Shown in pieces: positions 33,817 through 47,400 of a stretch of 64,000 nt of DNA (within the stretch, counting starts at the first letter, position 1; every line of letters begins with the position of its first letter). The notes below the pieces were generated by a model. It searched no databases and was not told where the DNA came from. It saw only the letters and a program-made list of their open reading frames with translations. Where the stretch lies: positions 496,001 to 560,000 of the forward strand of contig NIVC01000068.1 of assembly GCA_002269645.1 (NCBI GenBank), read 5' to 3'. The DNA comes from Macrostomum lignano (taxonomy: Eukaryota). The position numbers and the translations under genes were made by a program.

Positions 33817-34547
33817 TCATAGCAGGCGGAGCAGACGTGCCTGAACTTGCAGTCGCGCCGTAGGCAGCCGTTGCGGTTGAACTTCACGCAAAGCTCCCGC
33901 CCCTCAGGATCGATCGGGCCGCCGAAGCCGGACGGCTGCTGCTTTGGCTTACTGGACTCTAAATTGGAGCGCTAGGGGATCGCGTTGCCGCCCTGATTTG
34001 ACTTTGGTGCCAGAATGTGATTGGATAGCAGCTGCAGCGACTCCCGCTCCCGACGGCCTGGCAGAAGTGCTGTAGAGGCCTTGAAGGCCCAGGTCTGGAA
34101 GTCCCAGCTCCGGCTCATAGGCAGCAGGGGCCGGTCAATCGGCAAGGGGCTCTGCAACTTACGGCTCTGTTGGCCAGGCTTGTTCTCCAGCTCAGCCTCG
34201 ATCTCAGCAGTCTGGCGTTGAAGAGTCCTCAGCCGAAGCAGCTTCTCCTGACGGGCGATCCTCTGGTCCAAATCCTCGGTGCCCTGCGGGGCGCCAGCCT
34301 CGTCCAGGGTCGCTTCCTCATCGTCGTCGCTGCTGCTGGTGCTGACTCGGTCGATTTCGCTCGAGTGAGTGGCTGTTGGCCGTCTACGTTGGTTGGCTTG
34401 ATTTGAGAAACTGGCTTGTTCCAGTGTGACTTGCAACTCTCGCTTGCGACCGCCACTGGGCCAGTTGGCGTAGACGGTCTCTAAGCTGCCTTGCAGTGAT
34501 TTGGTCAATTGAAATCTCGGCCATTGCAGTTGCAGCCTAGGCAGCAC
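33780..34547 (-). CDS. gag-like ORF1 of the YR retrotransposon, interrupted by an in-frame TAG at 33972-33974
   Basis: Coiled-coil-like segment (DLDQRIARQEKLLRLRTLQRQTAEIEAEL). After the TAG, in the same frame: ELCVKFNRNGCLRRDCKFRHVCSACYEAHPRQFCTSKN*, the C-terminal CCCH/CCHC finger typical of DIRS/Ngaro gag. Confidence 0.75.
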
Positions 34548-34919
34548 TCACGCCACTGCGTACGATAAAAAAATTTCATGCAGCGCGTGAAAGGTGAGGC
34601 AGGCTGAGTAAAAGCTGGGTGATATAAACCTCACGGCGGAGGGGTGCAGCGCAGAGGGGGGGTTGACTTGGGGTGGGTGTTTACAACCAATCAGCAAACG
34701 CCGATTGGACACTTAAAGAAAATTACAGAAAATGTTCCAGCTATAAATACTGCTCTGGATATGGATAGGCTATGAGGAAAATTTTTAGATATGGCTACAG
34801 ATACAAGTATAGTTATGGGTAAATTTTGGTTTTGGCAGATCAGTTGTAAATTATCATGCCAGTTTTGATAAAACTTTGTTTAAATTTTTCAAGCCAACAC
34901 TCAGCTCTACTAGCCAGCC

Positions 34920-35958
34920 ATGGGTAACACACTGCCAGTGGAAATGTGCACTAACTTCGACATTGAAGAATTAAAACGTCTTGGCAAACGATTCAAGAAG
35001 CTCGACCTCGATGGCTCGGGCAGTCTGTCAGTTGACGAGTTCATGTCACTGCCTGAACTTCAACAGAACCCGCTGGTGCAGAGAGTCATTGACATCTTCG
35101 ATACAGATCAGAACGGTGAAGTCGATTTCAAAGAGTTTATCGATGGCGGACTCAGTTCTCTGTACGCGGAAATGAAGAGGCAAAGCTTCGGTTTGCCTTC
35201 CAGATCTACGATATTGACATGGGCGGCTATATCTGCAATGGGGACCTGGTCCTGTGGCCTCCATAGGGATCCAGTGTATCAGGACAGGCGATGGGTGCAC
35301 AGACAGAGATCGGGAAGGTAGAGTGACAAGTGACAACTAAGAGACTGACAGATGTTGCGAGAGTGACAGATACTTGTAGAGTGACAGATACTTTTAGAGT
35401 GACAGATACTTGTAGAGTGACAGATACTTGTAGAGTGACAAATACTTTTAGAGTGACAGATACTTGTAGAGTGACAAATACTTTTAGAGTGACAGATACT
35501 TGTAGAGTGACGGATACTTGTAGAGTGACAGATACTTTTAGAGTGACAGATACTTGTAGAGTGACGGATACTTGTAGAGTGACAGATACTGGTAGAGTGA
35601 CAAATACTGGTAGAGTGACAGATAAACGAAATAGAGTGACAGATACTTGATAGTGAAGACGGATAATCGAGATAATGACAGATGCTGGTGGAGTGACTGA
35701 TATTGATTGAGTGACATGAATCGAGATTGGGTGACTGATACTTCTAGAGTGACAGATAACTTTCACGCCACCCATACCCCCTACCAGGTGCTGAAGATGA
35801 TGGTCGGCAACAACCTGAAAGACAGCCAGCTGCAGCAAATAGTGGACAAGACAATTATCTTTGCCGACAAGGATGGAGACGGCAGAATTTCCTTTGAAGA
35901 ATTCCGCGACGTGGTCAGTGGACTCGACGTTCATAAGAAAATGGTTGTAGACATTTAA
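34920..35958 (+). pseudogene. CanB: Calcineurin B (protein phosphatase 2B regulatory subunit), frameshifted in this sequence. Exons about 34920-35248 and 35788-35958
   Basis: MGN...[56 protein letters not shown]; after a 1-nt deficit at 35148-35152, [21 protein letters not shown]; exon 2 [39 protein letters not shown]...KMVVDI*. Family identity is certain; pseudogene versus assembly error is not. Confidence 0.85.
35330..35650. repeat. Intronic array, 18-nt AGAGTGACAGATACTTGT
   Basis: Calcineurin B intron. Confidence 0.9.
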
Positions 35959-36189
35959 ACTGGCGTGTTGAAGAGTGTTCATTCTTTCCTTGAGCGTAGT
36001 ACTATGATAATTAATTATTCAACTTCGTTTTACTATTCTTACCTATTATGTTTCCTTGCTTTCAATGTATTCCAGGAATCCTAAATTGTCTGTCATGGTT
36101 TTGTTATATTTATTTATAACACAATACTTTCGTGTTTTTGTTATAACAAATCAGATTAATAGCCTGTTAGATATGGGTTAACTATCTTT

Positions 36190-36625
36190 TAGACATGCGT
36201 TAACTACCTGTTAGATATGGGGTTAATTACCTGTTAGATATGAGGTTAATTACCTGTTAGATATGGGGCTAATTACCTGTTAGATATGAGGTTAATTACC
36301 TGTTAGATATGGGGTTAATTACCTGTTAGATATGAGGTTAATTACCTGTTAGATATGGGGTTAATTACCTGTTAGATATGAGGTTAATTACCTGTTAGAT
36401 ATGGGGTTAATTACCTGTTAGATATGAGGTTAATTACCTGTTAGATATGGGGTTAATTACCTGTTAGATATGAGGTTAATTACCTGCTAGATATGGGCTA
36501 ATAACCTGTTTGGTATGAAGTTAATTATCCGTTAAAAATGAAATTAACTACCTGTTAGATATAGGGTTAATTACCTGTTAGATATGATGTTAATTACCTG
36601 ATAGATATGGGGTTAATTGCCTGTT
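36190..36625. repeat. Minisatellite, 23-nt TTAATTACCTGTTAGATATG(A/G)GG
   Basis: Downstream of calcineurin B; alternating A/G variants. Confidence 0.92.
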
Positions 36626-37284
36626 AGAATTACCTTTTTTACTTCAAAACTATTTTCCGACATGAAAAATTAATTTTGTCTCTTGCATGTGTATTTATAA
36701 CGAATAACGAGGGTTGCAATTTCGACCGGGTTTTTCGAGACTCATTTTTATTGTGTTATTTTATCGAGAATTTCTTGTCAGTAATTGTAAAATCTTGGCT
36801 GCTAGGATGAACAAAAATTTATAGACTTAATGCGGATCATTCGATAATTTTAATTAATACTTTTTAATATTTGTTTTACTCTCTTGCCTAAATGAAATGA
36901 TGTTGTTTATTTCCCAGCTGCCTCTGACCGTTTTGCTTTATAAGTACAAAAGCTACTTGTATAGTGTATGAGACACAGAAGTTATAAATTTTTTTTTTTT
37001 TAGTGTCATTTATATTTTATTTGTCGTTTGTTTTTTTCTGTGTTGTCTATTTTTTGTTATACTCGAGTGGCAGAGCCGGACTAAAAATATATTGGATTTT
37101 GGCAAAGCTATCTGTGACCGCTCTCCTTCTCTCTCGCACTTCTATCTCGTGTGTCCAAGTTCTTTCTGTCTTTTATTTACCGCGATTATGACTTCTGGCA
37201 AATATGTTCTCTCATTTTTTTATTGTTTTTCACTTATTTTAACTCAAATTTGATTTGGATACTCGGGTTTCTCGTATTTTCACT

Positions 37285-37323
<39 letters not shown>

Positions 37324-38428
37324 TCCCTTTCTCCCTCTCTCCCTCTCCCCCTCCCTCTCTCCCTCTCTCCCTCACTCTCTCCCTTCTCCCCTCTCCCTCT
37401 CTCTCTCCCTCTCTCTCTCTTCTTCTCTCTTCATCTCTCCCTCTCTACCTTTCTCTCTCCCCGTCTTCCTCTGCATATATAAACAGTAAAAACTAGTATA
37501 CTCGTAGTTTAAAAAAGTAAAATAATTAACTGCTAATACAGCAACGAATTGATTGCCGGGTTTTCATTTTTACGCTCGTAAGTAATATTTATTCGCTTTG
37601 GATGCTATTTATTGCCTTAGTAACACATTTGAAACAAATTAAAATACCAGGGCTAGAAAAGAAACGCAAAAAGGTAATTTTTTTGCTGAAAAAATGAAAA
37701 TCAACTTCCAAATTACAAGTTTTTTACGTTAATCCAAGCAATTTGAAACGGCGCCTCAAAACGTATTGTTTAATTGTAACGAATTTGGCGCTAATTTGAA
37801 TTCGATTGGGAGTAATTTAAAATTAATGATAAAGCGAAATGAGCGCGTCGCAGATTTGATGAAGAATAGATAATATTATGAGGCATTGTTGAAATGCAGT
37901 TTGGCATAACGCAGCAATTAGCAAATTAACAAAATTGAAAAAAATGTTTTTTGAAGAAGTTTCCAATACAACACCGATTTTGTGTTGGTAATATCCGATG
38001 TGCACTACTGCTCAGTAGCAAAATAAGGAGTGAATCGTTTTATGCTTAGCGTTCCTACATGTAGTAAGAGAGTCATACAAGTGCATGTATCTCCTTATAG
38101 AATTAAAAATATGTATAATAAACCATCGCGTGCAATTAAGTATCTATTTTGATAATAAAATGAAGCAGTTATAGAAGGAAATTATTGCTCAAATACATAT
38201 GTCGACTCAATAAAAAGTTAATTAATAACTATATTTAATTTCAAAAATCGGGTTGGGTGCCTAATAGAAAATGCGAGATTTGTTGATAACAAGCCGGTAG
38301 AAAGTAAAACTTTAGGTGCAACAAATGACTTTATCTAAATTATTAAACACTGGTTTTAATTGTACGTCGGGCATTTTATTGCTGCTATAATCATTAATTT
38401 TATTACTGTAGTTTCAATTTTTCAAAAA

Positions 38429-41400
38429 CTACAAATGGTTGATTCTTTCACTGCAGATAACGATAGCGGCTGTTAAAACTGTTGAAATCAGATTAACTGG
38501 TCTCAGAATCAGAGGTGCAAGTTTCCCCGCAGAATTATAACTTCCATCCTCGCCAGCCAGGTGAGACAGGTGCGCACCTGAGGTTTGCGAATTGGCATTT
38601 TTATGACGTCTGATATGTCTGCGTGCATTGCCCACACCCACTGTATCTCCTGACACCTCACTGTATCTCCTGACACCCCACTGTATCTCCTGACACTCCA
38701 CTGTATCTCCTGACACTCCACTGTATCTCCTGACACCCACTGTATCTACTGACACCCCCACTGTATCTACTGACACCCCACTGTATCTCCTGACACCCAC
38801 TGTATCTCCTGACACCCCACTGTATCTCCTGACACTCCACTGTATCTCCTGACACTCCACAGTATCTACTGACACCCACTGTATCTACTGACACCCCCAC
38901 TGTATCTCCTGACACCTCACTGTATCTCCTGACACCCCACTGTATCTCCTGACACTCCACTGTATCTCCTGACACCCACTGTATCTACTGACACCCCCAC
39001 TGTATCTACTGACACCCCACTGTATCTCCTGACACCCACTGTATCTCCTGACACCCCACTGTGCATGTATCTACTGACACCCACTGTATCTACTGACACC
39101 CCCACTGTATCTACTGACACCTCACTGTATCTCCTGACACCTCACTGTATCTCCTGACACCCCACTGTATCTCCTGACACTCCACTGTATCTCCTGACAC
39201 TCCACAGTATCTACTGACACCCACTGTATCTACTGACACCCCCACTGTATCTACTGACACCTCACTGTATCTCCTGACACCTCACTGTATCTCCTGACAC
39301 CCCACTGTATCTCCTGACACTCCACTGTATCTCCTGACACTCCACAGTATCTACTGACACCCACTGTATCTACTGACACCCCCACTGTATCTACTGACAC
39401 CCCACTGTATCTCCTGACACCCACTGTATCTCCTGACACCCCACTGTATCTCCTGACACCCTACTGTATCTACTGACACCCACTGTATCTACTGACACCC
39501 CACTGTATCTACTGACACCCCATTGTACCTCCTGACACCCCACTGTATCTACTGACACCCACTGTATCTACTGACACCCCACTGTACCTCCTGGCACCCT
39601 ACTATATCTCCTGACACCCACTGTATCTCCTGACACCCACTGTATCTCCTGACACCCCACTGTATCTACTGACACCCACTGTATCTCCTGACACCCACTG
39701 TATCTACTGACACCCCACTGTATCTCCTGACACCCTACTGTATCTACTGACACCCACTGTATCTACTGACACCCCACTGTATCTACTGACACCCCACTGT
39801 GCATGTATCTACTGACACCCACTGTATCTACTGACACCCCACTGTATCTACTGACACCCACTGTATCTCCTGACACCCCACTGTATCTCCTAACACCCCA
39901 CTGTATCTCCTGACACCCACTGTATCTACTGACACCCCCACTGTATCTACTGACACTCCACTGTATCTCCTGACACCCACTGTATCTCCTGACACCCCAC
40001 TGTATCTCCTGACACCCCACTGTATCTCCTGACACTCCACTGTATCTCCTGACACCCACTGTATCTACTGACACCCCCACTGTATCTACTGACACCCCCA
40101 CTGTATCTACTGACACCCCACTGTATCTCCTGACACCCACTGTATCTCCTGACACCCCACTGTATCTCCTGACACTCCACTGTATCTCCTGACACTCCAC
40201 AGTATCTACTGACACCCACTGTATCTACTGACACCCCCACTGTATCTACTGACACCTCACTGTATCTCCTGACACCTCACTGTATCTCCTGACACCCCAC
40301 TGTATCTCCTGACACTCCACTGTATCTCCTGACACTCCACAGTATCTACTGACACCCACTGTATCTACTGACACCCCCACTGTATCTACTGACACCTCAC
40401 TGTATCTCCTGACACCTCACTGTATCTCCTGACACCCCACTGTATCTACTGACACCTCACTGTATCTCCTGACACCTCACTGTATCTCCTGACACCCCAC
40501 TGTATCTCCTGACACTCCACTGTATCTCCTGACACTCCACAGTATCTACTGACACCCACTGTATCTCCTGACACCCCACTGTATCTCCTGACACCCTACT
40601 GTATCTACTGACACCCACTGTATCTACTGACACCCCACTGTATCTACTGACACCCCATTGTACCTCCTGACACCCCACTGTATCTACTGACACCCACTGT
40701 ATCTACTGACACCCCACTGTACCTCCTGGCACCCTACTATATCTCCTGACACCCACTGTATCTCCTGACACCCACTGTATCTCCTGACACCCCACTGTAT
40801 CTACTGACACCCACTGTATCTCCTGACACCCACTGTATCTACTGACACCCCACTGTATCTCCTGACACCCTACTGTATCTACTGACACCCACTGTATCTA
40901 CTGACACCCCACTGTATCTACTGACACCCCACTGTGCATGTATCTACTGACACCCACTGTATCTACTGACACCCCACTGTATCTACTGACACCCACTGTA
41001 TCTCCTGACACCCCACTGTATCTCCTAACACCCCACTGTATCTACTGACACCCCACTGTATCTCCTGACACCCACTGTATCTACTGACACCCCACTGTAT
41101 CTCCTGACACCCACTGTATCTCCTGACACCTCACTGTACCTCCTGACACCCACTGTATCTCCTGACACCCACTGTATCTACTGACACCCCACTGTGCATG
41201 TATCTACTGACACCCACTGTATCTACTGACACCCCACTGTATCTACTGACACCCACTGTATCTCCTGACACCTCACTGTATCTCCTAACACCCCACTGTA
41301 TCTCCTGACACCCACTGTATCTCCTGACACCCACTGTATCTCCTGACATCCCACTGTATCTCCTGACACCCACTGTATCTACTGACACCCTACTGTATCT

Positions 41401-44400
41401 ACTGACACCCACTGTATCTCCTGACACCCGCTGTATCTCCTGACATCCCACTGTATCTCCTGACATCCCGCTGTATCTCCTGACATCCCACTGTATCTCC
41501 CGACTCCTGATTGGCAAGAGTCACCTTCCTTCGTCAATACTAACGCCCCCGAGTCTTCTTACTCACTTGAATACTTCTCAAAGAAATAATTAGCAAAGAA
41601 TCCCATGGCCGAATAGCGACTGTTGCTAACGAACACCAGTCTGAGGCAGGTGGTCTGCCGCTCCAGCCGGAACCGCCGTCCTCGGATCGAAGGGTCGCCG
41701 CAGAGCCTCGCCAGCGCGGGCAGCCCCGGCCTGTCGCACTCCTCCGCGTGTACAAAGTCGCTCTCACCGTCTGGGCAGCTGTGGCAATAGGGGCAATGAT
41801 GCTTGTTGCTGAACACCCCATTGTAGCTAAATACTCCTTTTAATACCCCATTGTAGCTAAATACTCCTTTTAATACCCCATTGTAGCTAAATACTCCTTT
41901 TAATACCCCATTGTAGCTAAATACTCCTTTTAATACCCCATTGTAGCTAAATACTCCTTTTAATACCCCATTGTAGCTAAATACTCCTTTAAATACCCCA
42001 TTGTAGCTAAATACTCCTTTTAATACCCCATTGTAGCTAAATACTCCTTTAAATACCCCATTGTAGCTAAATACTCCTTTTAATACCCCATGCAGCTAAA
42101 TACTCCTTTTAATACCCCATTGTAGCTAAATACTCCTTTAAATACCCCATTGTAGCAAAATACCTCTCTAAATGCCCCATTGTAACTAAATACCCCTCTA
42201 AATACCCCGTTGTAGCTAAATACTCTATTGTAGCTAAATACCCCGTTGTAGCTAAATACTCTATTGTAGCTAAATACCCCTCTAAATACCCCATTGTAGC
42301 TAAATACCCCATTGTAGCTAAATACCCCATTGTGGCCAAATACCCTGTGAATTCCCCATTGTAGCTAAATACCCCATGTCGCTAAATACCCCTCTAAATA
42401 CCTCATCGTAGCTAAATACCCCATGTCGCTAAATACCCCTGTAAATACCCCATTGTAGCTAAATACCCCATGTCACCTCTCGGACAGAGTCTCAGTGCTG
42501 AAGTCGCTGAACTCGATCCTGACCCTCTCCCTGGGTCTGGCGTAGAACACGTACTGGCAGTGCAGCTTCTCCGGATACTCAAACGGGAAGTTGGGGCTGG
42601 AGAAGCTGCCCGAAGAGTGCTGCCTGCTGTAGAAGCTGAAGTGGCAGCCCAGATCCGGCCGCTGATTCTTGTAGGTGCCAAGTACTGCGAAGTCTGCGGT
42701 GATGGCGGTTAATGACATTGAGATCTAGAGACACTGAGATCTTAATGAGACACTGAGATCTTAATGAGACACTGAGATCTTAATGAGACACTGAGATCTT
42801 AATGAGACACTGAGATCTTAATGAGACACTGAGATCTTAATGAGACACTGAGATCTTAATGAGACACTGAGATCTTAATGAGACACTGAGATCTTAATGA
42901 GACACTGAGATCTTAATGAGACACTGAGATCTTAATGAGACACTGAGATCTTAATGAGACACTGAGATCTTAATGAGACACTGAGATCTTAATGAGACAC
43001 TGAGATCTTAATGAGACCCTGAGATCTTTATGAGACCCTGAGATCTCAATGAGAAACTGAGATCTTTATGAGACCCTGAGATCCTTATCATACCCTGAGA
43101 TCTCAATGAGACCCTCAGATCTTTATGAGACCCTGAGATCTTTATAAGACATTGAGATCTTTGAGACCCTGAGATCTTTATGACACCCTGAGACCTCTAC
43201 GAGACCCTGGGATCTTTATGTAACACTGATTACTCCTATGAGACCCTGAGATCTCCATGAGACCCTGAGATCTCCATGAGACACTGCGATCTCTATGAGA
43301 CCCTGAGATCTCTATAAGACACTGAGATCTTTATGTAACACTGATTACTCCTATGAGACCCTGAGATCTCCATGAGACCCTGAGATCTCCATGAGACACT
43401 GCGATCTCTATGAGACCCTGAGATCTCTATAAGACACTGAGATCCTTATGTAACACTGATTACTCCTATGAGACTCTGAGATCTCTATGAGACCCTGAGA
43501 TCTCCATGAGACACTGCGATCTCTATGAGACCCTGAGATCTCTATGAGACCCTGAGATCTTTATGAGACCCTGAGATCCTTATCATACCCTGAGATCTCT
43601 ATGAGACCCTCAGATCTTTATGAGACCCTGAGATCTTTATAAGACATTGAGATCTTTGAGACCCTGAGACCTCTACGAGACCCTGGGATCTTTATGTAAC
43701 ACTGATTACTCCTATGAGACCCTGAGATCTCCATGAAACACTGTGATCTCTATGAGACGCTGAGACACTGATGACTCCTATGAGACCCTGAGATCTCTAT
43801 GAGACCCTGAGATCTCTATGAGACATTGAGATATCCATGAAACACTGGAATCTCTAGGAGATCTCTAGGGGATCTCTATAAGACTTCATCGGATCTGTAA
43901 GACTCCATAGATCTCTATGAGAATGAACAATATCCCAGCTCAGCCCTGGGCACGCACCCTGCACAAACTTGTAGGCGAACTCCAAGCCCATCTGCGGCTG
44001 GGTCACCGCCTCCTTGGCCTGGAACACCAGCTCCAGCCGGGGTCGCTGTCTGCCGTCTCCGCTGCCGCCGCCGCTCATGATCCTCACCGGCTGCTCTGGC
44101 AGGACGCTGCAGTGGGTCTCCTCGACAGAGTCGCCTCGAATCCCCATGGAGCCGCCGCTGCGGTCGTCCACAACGTAGCGAGTCACCACCAGCTTGTCAC
44201 GGTTGGCGCACCTCACGGAGATCGGCTGTCGCAGCCGCCGCTGCTGCTCCGACTCGCCCGGCTTGGCCACCACCGACAGTCGCCGGATCTCCAGCACGAC
44301 TCGCTCGGTTCGGTTCGGCCGGCCCAGCAGAATCCACCGGCAGGTGCCGCCCGGGTAGCCGAACGGATAGCCGGGCGCGCGCACGATGCCGAATGCCGAC

Positions 44401-47400
44401 TGTTGACTGTCGATGATCGTGGGCAGCTCCGGGCACTTTGACGGCATCGGAGTCGGCAGCGGCGAGATGTCGGTCGGCGAAGTGACCGACGGTGCTTCTG
44501 GCTGCTGGTTCTGCTGCTGCTGTCCTCGGCGCCGGAAGAACTGGTAGCTGCCGCTGAATCCACGCTCCCCCTGAGTGACGGCGCCGTTCGAATGGAAGAG
44601 CATGGCAACTCGGCCGCTCACCGACCAGATGTCGTCAGGGGCGCGGTCGACTCCGCAGCGGATCAGCACAGTTGGCGAGACGCCTTCGACGGCAGAGCCG
44701 GCAGCGGCGACGATCTGCGTCGAGGAGAGCAGCGAGTTCATGTCGACAGAGTCGATCTCAGCTGCGCCGTCGTGGATGTCGAGTCGGTCGCCGCGGTAGT
44801 CAGAGTTGCAGCTGGACCGGTTGAAGATAGGGGTTTCACGTGTAGGTGGGAGGATCTGGGATTATGAATCTGGGGAGTAGGGATCTGGGGAGTAGGGATC
44901 TGGGGAGTAGGGATCTGGGGAGTAGGGATCTGGGGAGTAGGGATCTGGGAGTAGGGATCTGGGGAGTAGGGATCTGGGGAGTAGGGATCTGGGAGTAGGG
45001 ATCTGGGGAGTAGGGATCTGGGGAGTAGGGATCTGGGGAGTAGGGATCTGGGGAGTAGGGATCTGGGGAGTAGGGATCTGGGGAGTAGGGATCTGGGAGT
45101 AGGGATCTGGGGAGTAGGGATCTGGGGAGTAGGGATCTGGGAGTAGGGATCTGGGGAGTAGGGATCTGGGAGTAGGGATCTGGGGAGTAGGGATCTGGGA
45201 GTAGGGATCTGGGGAGTAGGGATCTGGGAGTAGGGATCTGGGGAGTAGGGATCTGGGGAGTAGGGATCTGGGGAGTAGGGATCTGGGGAGTAGGGATCTG
45301 GGGAGTAGGGATCTGGGGAGTAGGGATCTGGGAGTAGGGATCTGGGGAGTAGGGATCTGGGGAGTAGGGATCTGGGGAGTAGGGATCTGGGGAGTAGGGA
45401 TCTGGGGAGTAGGAATCTGGGGAGTAGGGATCTGGGGAGTAGGGATCTGGGGAGTAGGGATCTGGGGAGTAGGGATCTGGGGAGTAGGGATCTGGGGAGT
45501 AGGGATCTGGGAGTAGGGATCTGGGGAGTAAGGAATGTGGGGAGTAGGGATCTGGGAGTAGGGATCTGGGGAGTAGGGATCTGTGGAGTAGGGATCTGTG
45601 AAGTAGGGATCTGGGGAGTAGGGATCTGGGGAGTAGGGATCTGGGGAGTAGGGATCTGGGAGTAGGGATCTGGGGAGTAAGGAATGTGGGGAGTAGGGAT
45701 CTGGGGAGTAGGGATCTGTGAAGTAGGGATCTGGGGAGTAGGGATCTGGGGAGTAGGGATTTGGGAGTAGGAATCTGGGGAATAGGGATCTGGGAGTAGG
45801 GATCTGGGGAGTAGGGATCTGGGGAGTAGGGATTTGGGAGTAGGAATGTGGGGAATAGGGATCTGGGAGTAGGGATCTGGGGAGTAGGGATCTGGGGAGT
45901 AGGGATCTGGGGAGTAGGGATCTGGGGAATAGGGATCTGGGGAGTAGGGATCTGGGAGTAGGAATCTGGGGAATAGGGATCTGGGGAGTAGGGATCTGGG
46001 GAGTAGGGATTTGGGAGTAGGAATCTGGGGAATAGGGATCTGGGAGTAGGGATCTGGGGAGTAGGGATCTGGGGAGTAGGGATTTGGGAGTAGGAATGTG
46101 GGGAATAGGGATCTGGGAGTAGGGATCTGGGGAGTAGGGATCTGGGGAGTAGGGATCTGGGGAATAGGGATCTGGGGAGTAGGGATCTGGGAGTAGGAAT
46201 CTGGGGAATAGGGATCTGGGGAGTAGGGATCTGGGAGTAGGGATCTGGGAGTAGGGATCTGGGGTGTAGGGGTCTGGGAGTAGGGATCTGGGGAGTAGGG
46301 ATCTGGGGAGTAGGGATCTGGGAGAAGGGATCTAGGATTGGGGATCTGGGATTGGGGAACTGGGAGTATGAAAAATAGGGTTCAAAGACTACAGATAACA
46401 TAATGGGGATCATACAGTACAGATTAAGCACTGAGTGTTATTGAAGATGATGATGTTGAAGATTTCGAGTCGGAACAAAGGTTAAGAACTCAATAGAATC
46501 CAACCTGTCCCCTGGGGCCAGAGCCTCCAGCTGGAAGGTGTCGAAACTGATCCTCAGAGATTCGCCCGGCTGGCCGAGAAACCGGTACTCGGCCCGAAGC
46601 CTTGGTGGATAAACGGCCGGGAAATTCTCGCTGCTGAAGGAGCCCTGCTTCGCGCTGCTGCTGTCGAAATCATGACGGAGCTGCAGAGTGGGCAGAGCTG
46701 GCGACACCAGGGACTGGTTTTTGGTGTGGCCGCCTGCGGCAAGGAGGTCGGGTGTGAATGCCTAGTTGAGTCGCTAGGGCAAGTTAGAGTATTTTAGCAA
46801 TGTGTTTCTAGGAAACTCCGATCTCCGCTTTTTTCAAATGTTTTCAATAACCAAGCGAACGCTATTTTCGGCGCCCCCCTCTGTAGCTGGCGCTCCCTCT
46901 GTAGCTGGCGCGCCCCTCTGTAGCTGGCGCCCCCCCGTAGCTGGCGCCCTTTTCTGCAGCCCCTTTCTCCTCCAAACTCACCGCCTTCGCTACCGACTTC
47001 TCTGCCGATCTCATCGACCAGCTGGGCGCCCCGCTCTAGCGCGGCAGTTGGCGTCACCTTGTGCCTCGCCACGAACGCGAACCGGCCAGCAAAACCCGAT
47101 CCAGTCACCGAGTCGCTGTTGGCAACAAATTTTACTAACAAGAAATCGTCCTGGCTGATCACTGAGACGAAATCACTGCCCGGACTGCCGCCGCCGCTGC
47201 CTGCGCCACCGACGCCGCCACAGAAGCTGGAATAGTGCGCAAGGACGGCGCTGTTCTTGCCGAACTCGCTGTCAGTCTGGTACACCAGCAGGTGGTCCCT
47301 CCTGGCTGGCGACAGCCGTTCGCAAGCCGTGGCATTCCGACCGTCGCCGCCTTCAAGGCTGATGCCGCGCAGGTCCACCCGGACTCGTTCGCCTTTGCCA

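Larger units (their letters stand above)
31062..34547 (-). mobile_element. Tyrosine-recombinase retrotransposon (Ngaro/DIRS-like): gag, RT/RNase H, YR. Termini not resolved
   Basis: Order on the minus strand is a gag-like ORF with a Cys/His finger, then RT-RH, then an overlapping tyrosine recombinase. No integrase, and no methyltransferase domain seen after RH, which favours Ngaro. No ITRs or split direct repeats recognised by eye. Confidence 0.93.

Noticed and set aside
30560-34740. Terminal repeats (ITR/ICR or split direct repeats) of the YR element
   Set aside because: No matching segments found between the 5' and 3' flanks by eye; needs a self dot-plot.
44836-46431. 531-aa Pro-rich, extensin-like ORF
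   Set aside because: 15-nt intronic array read through.
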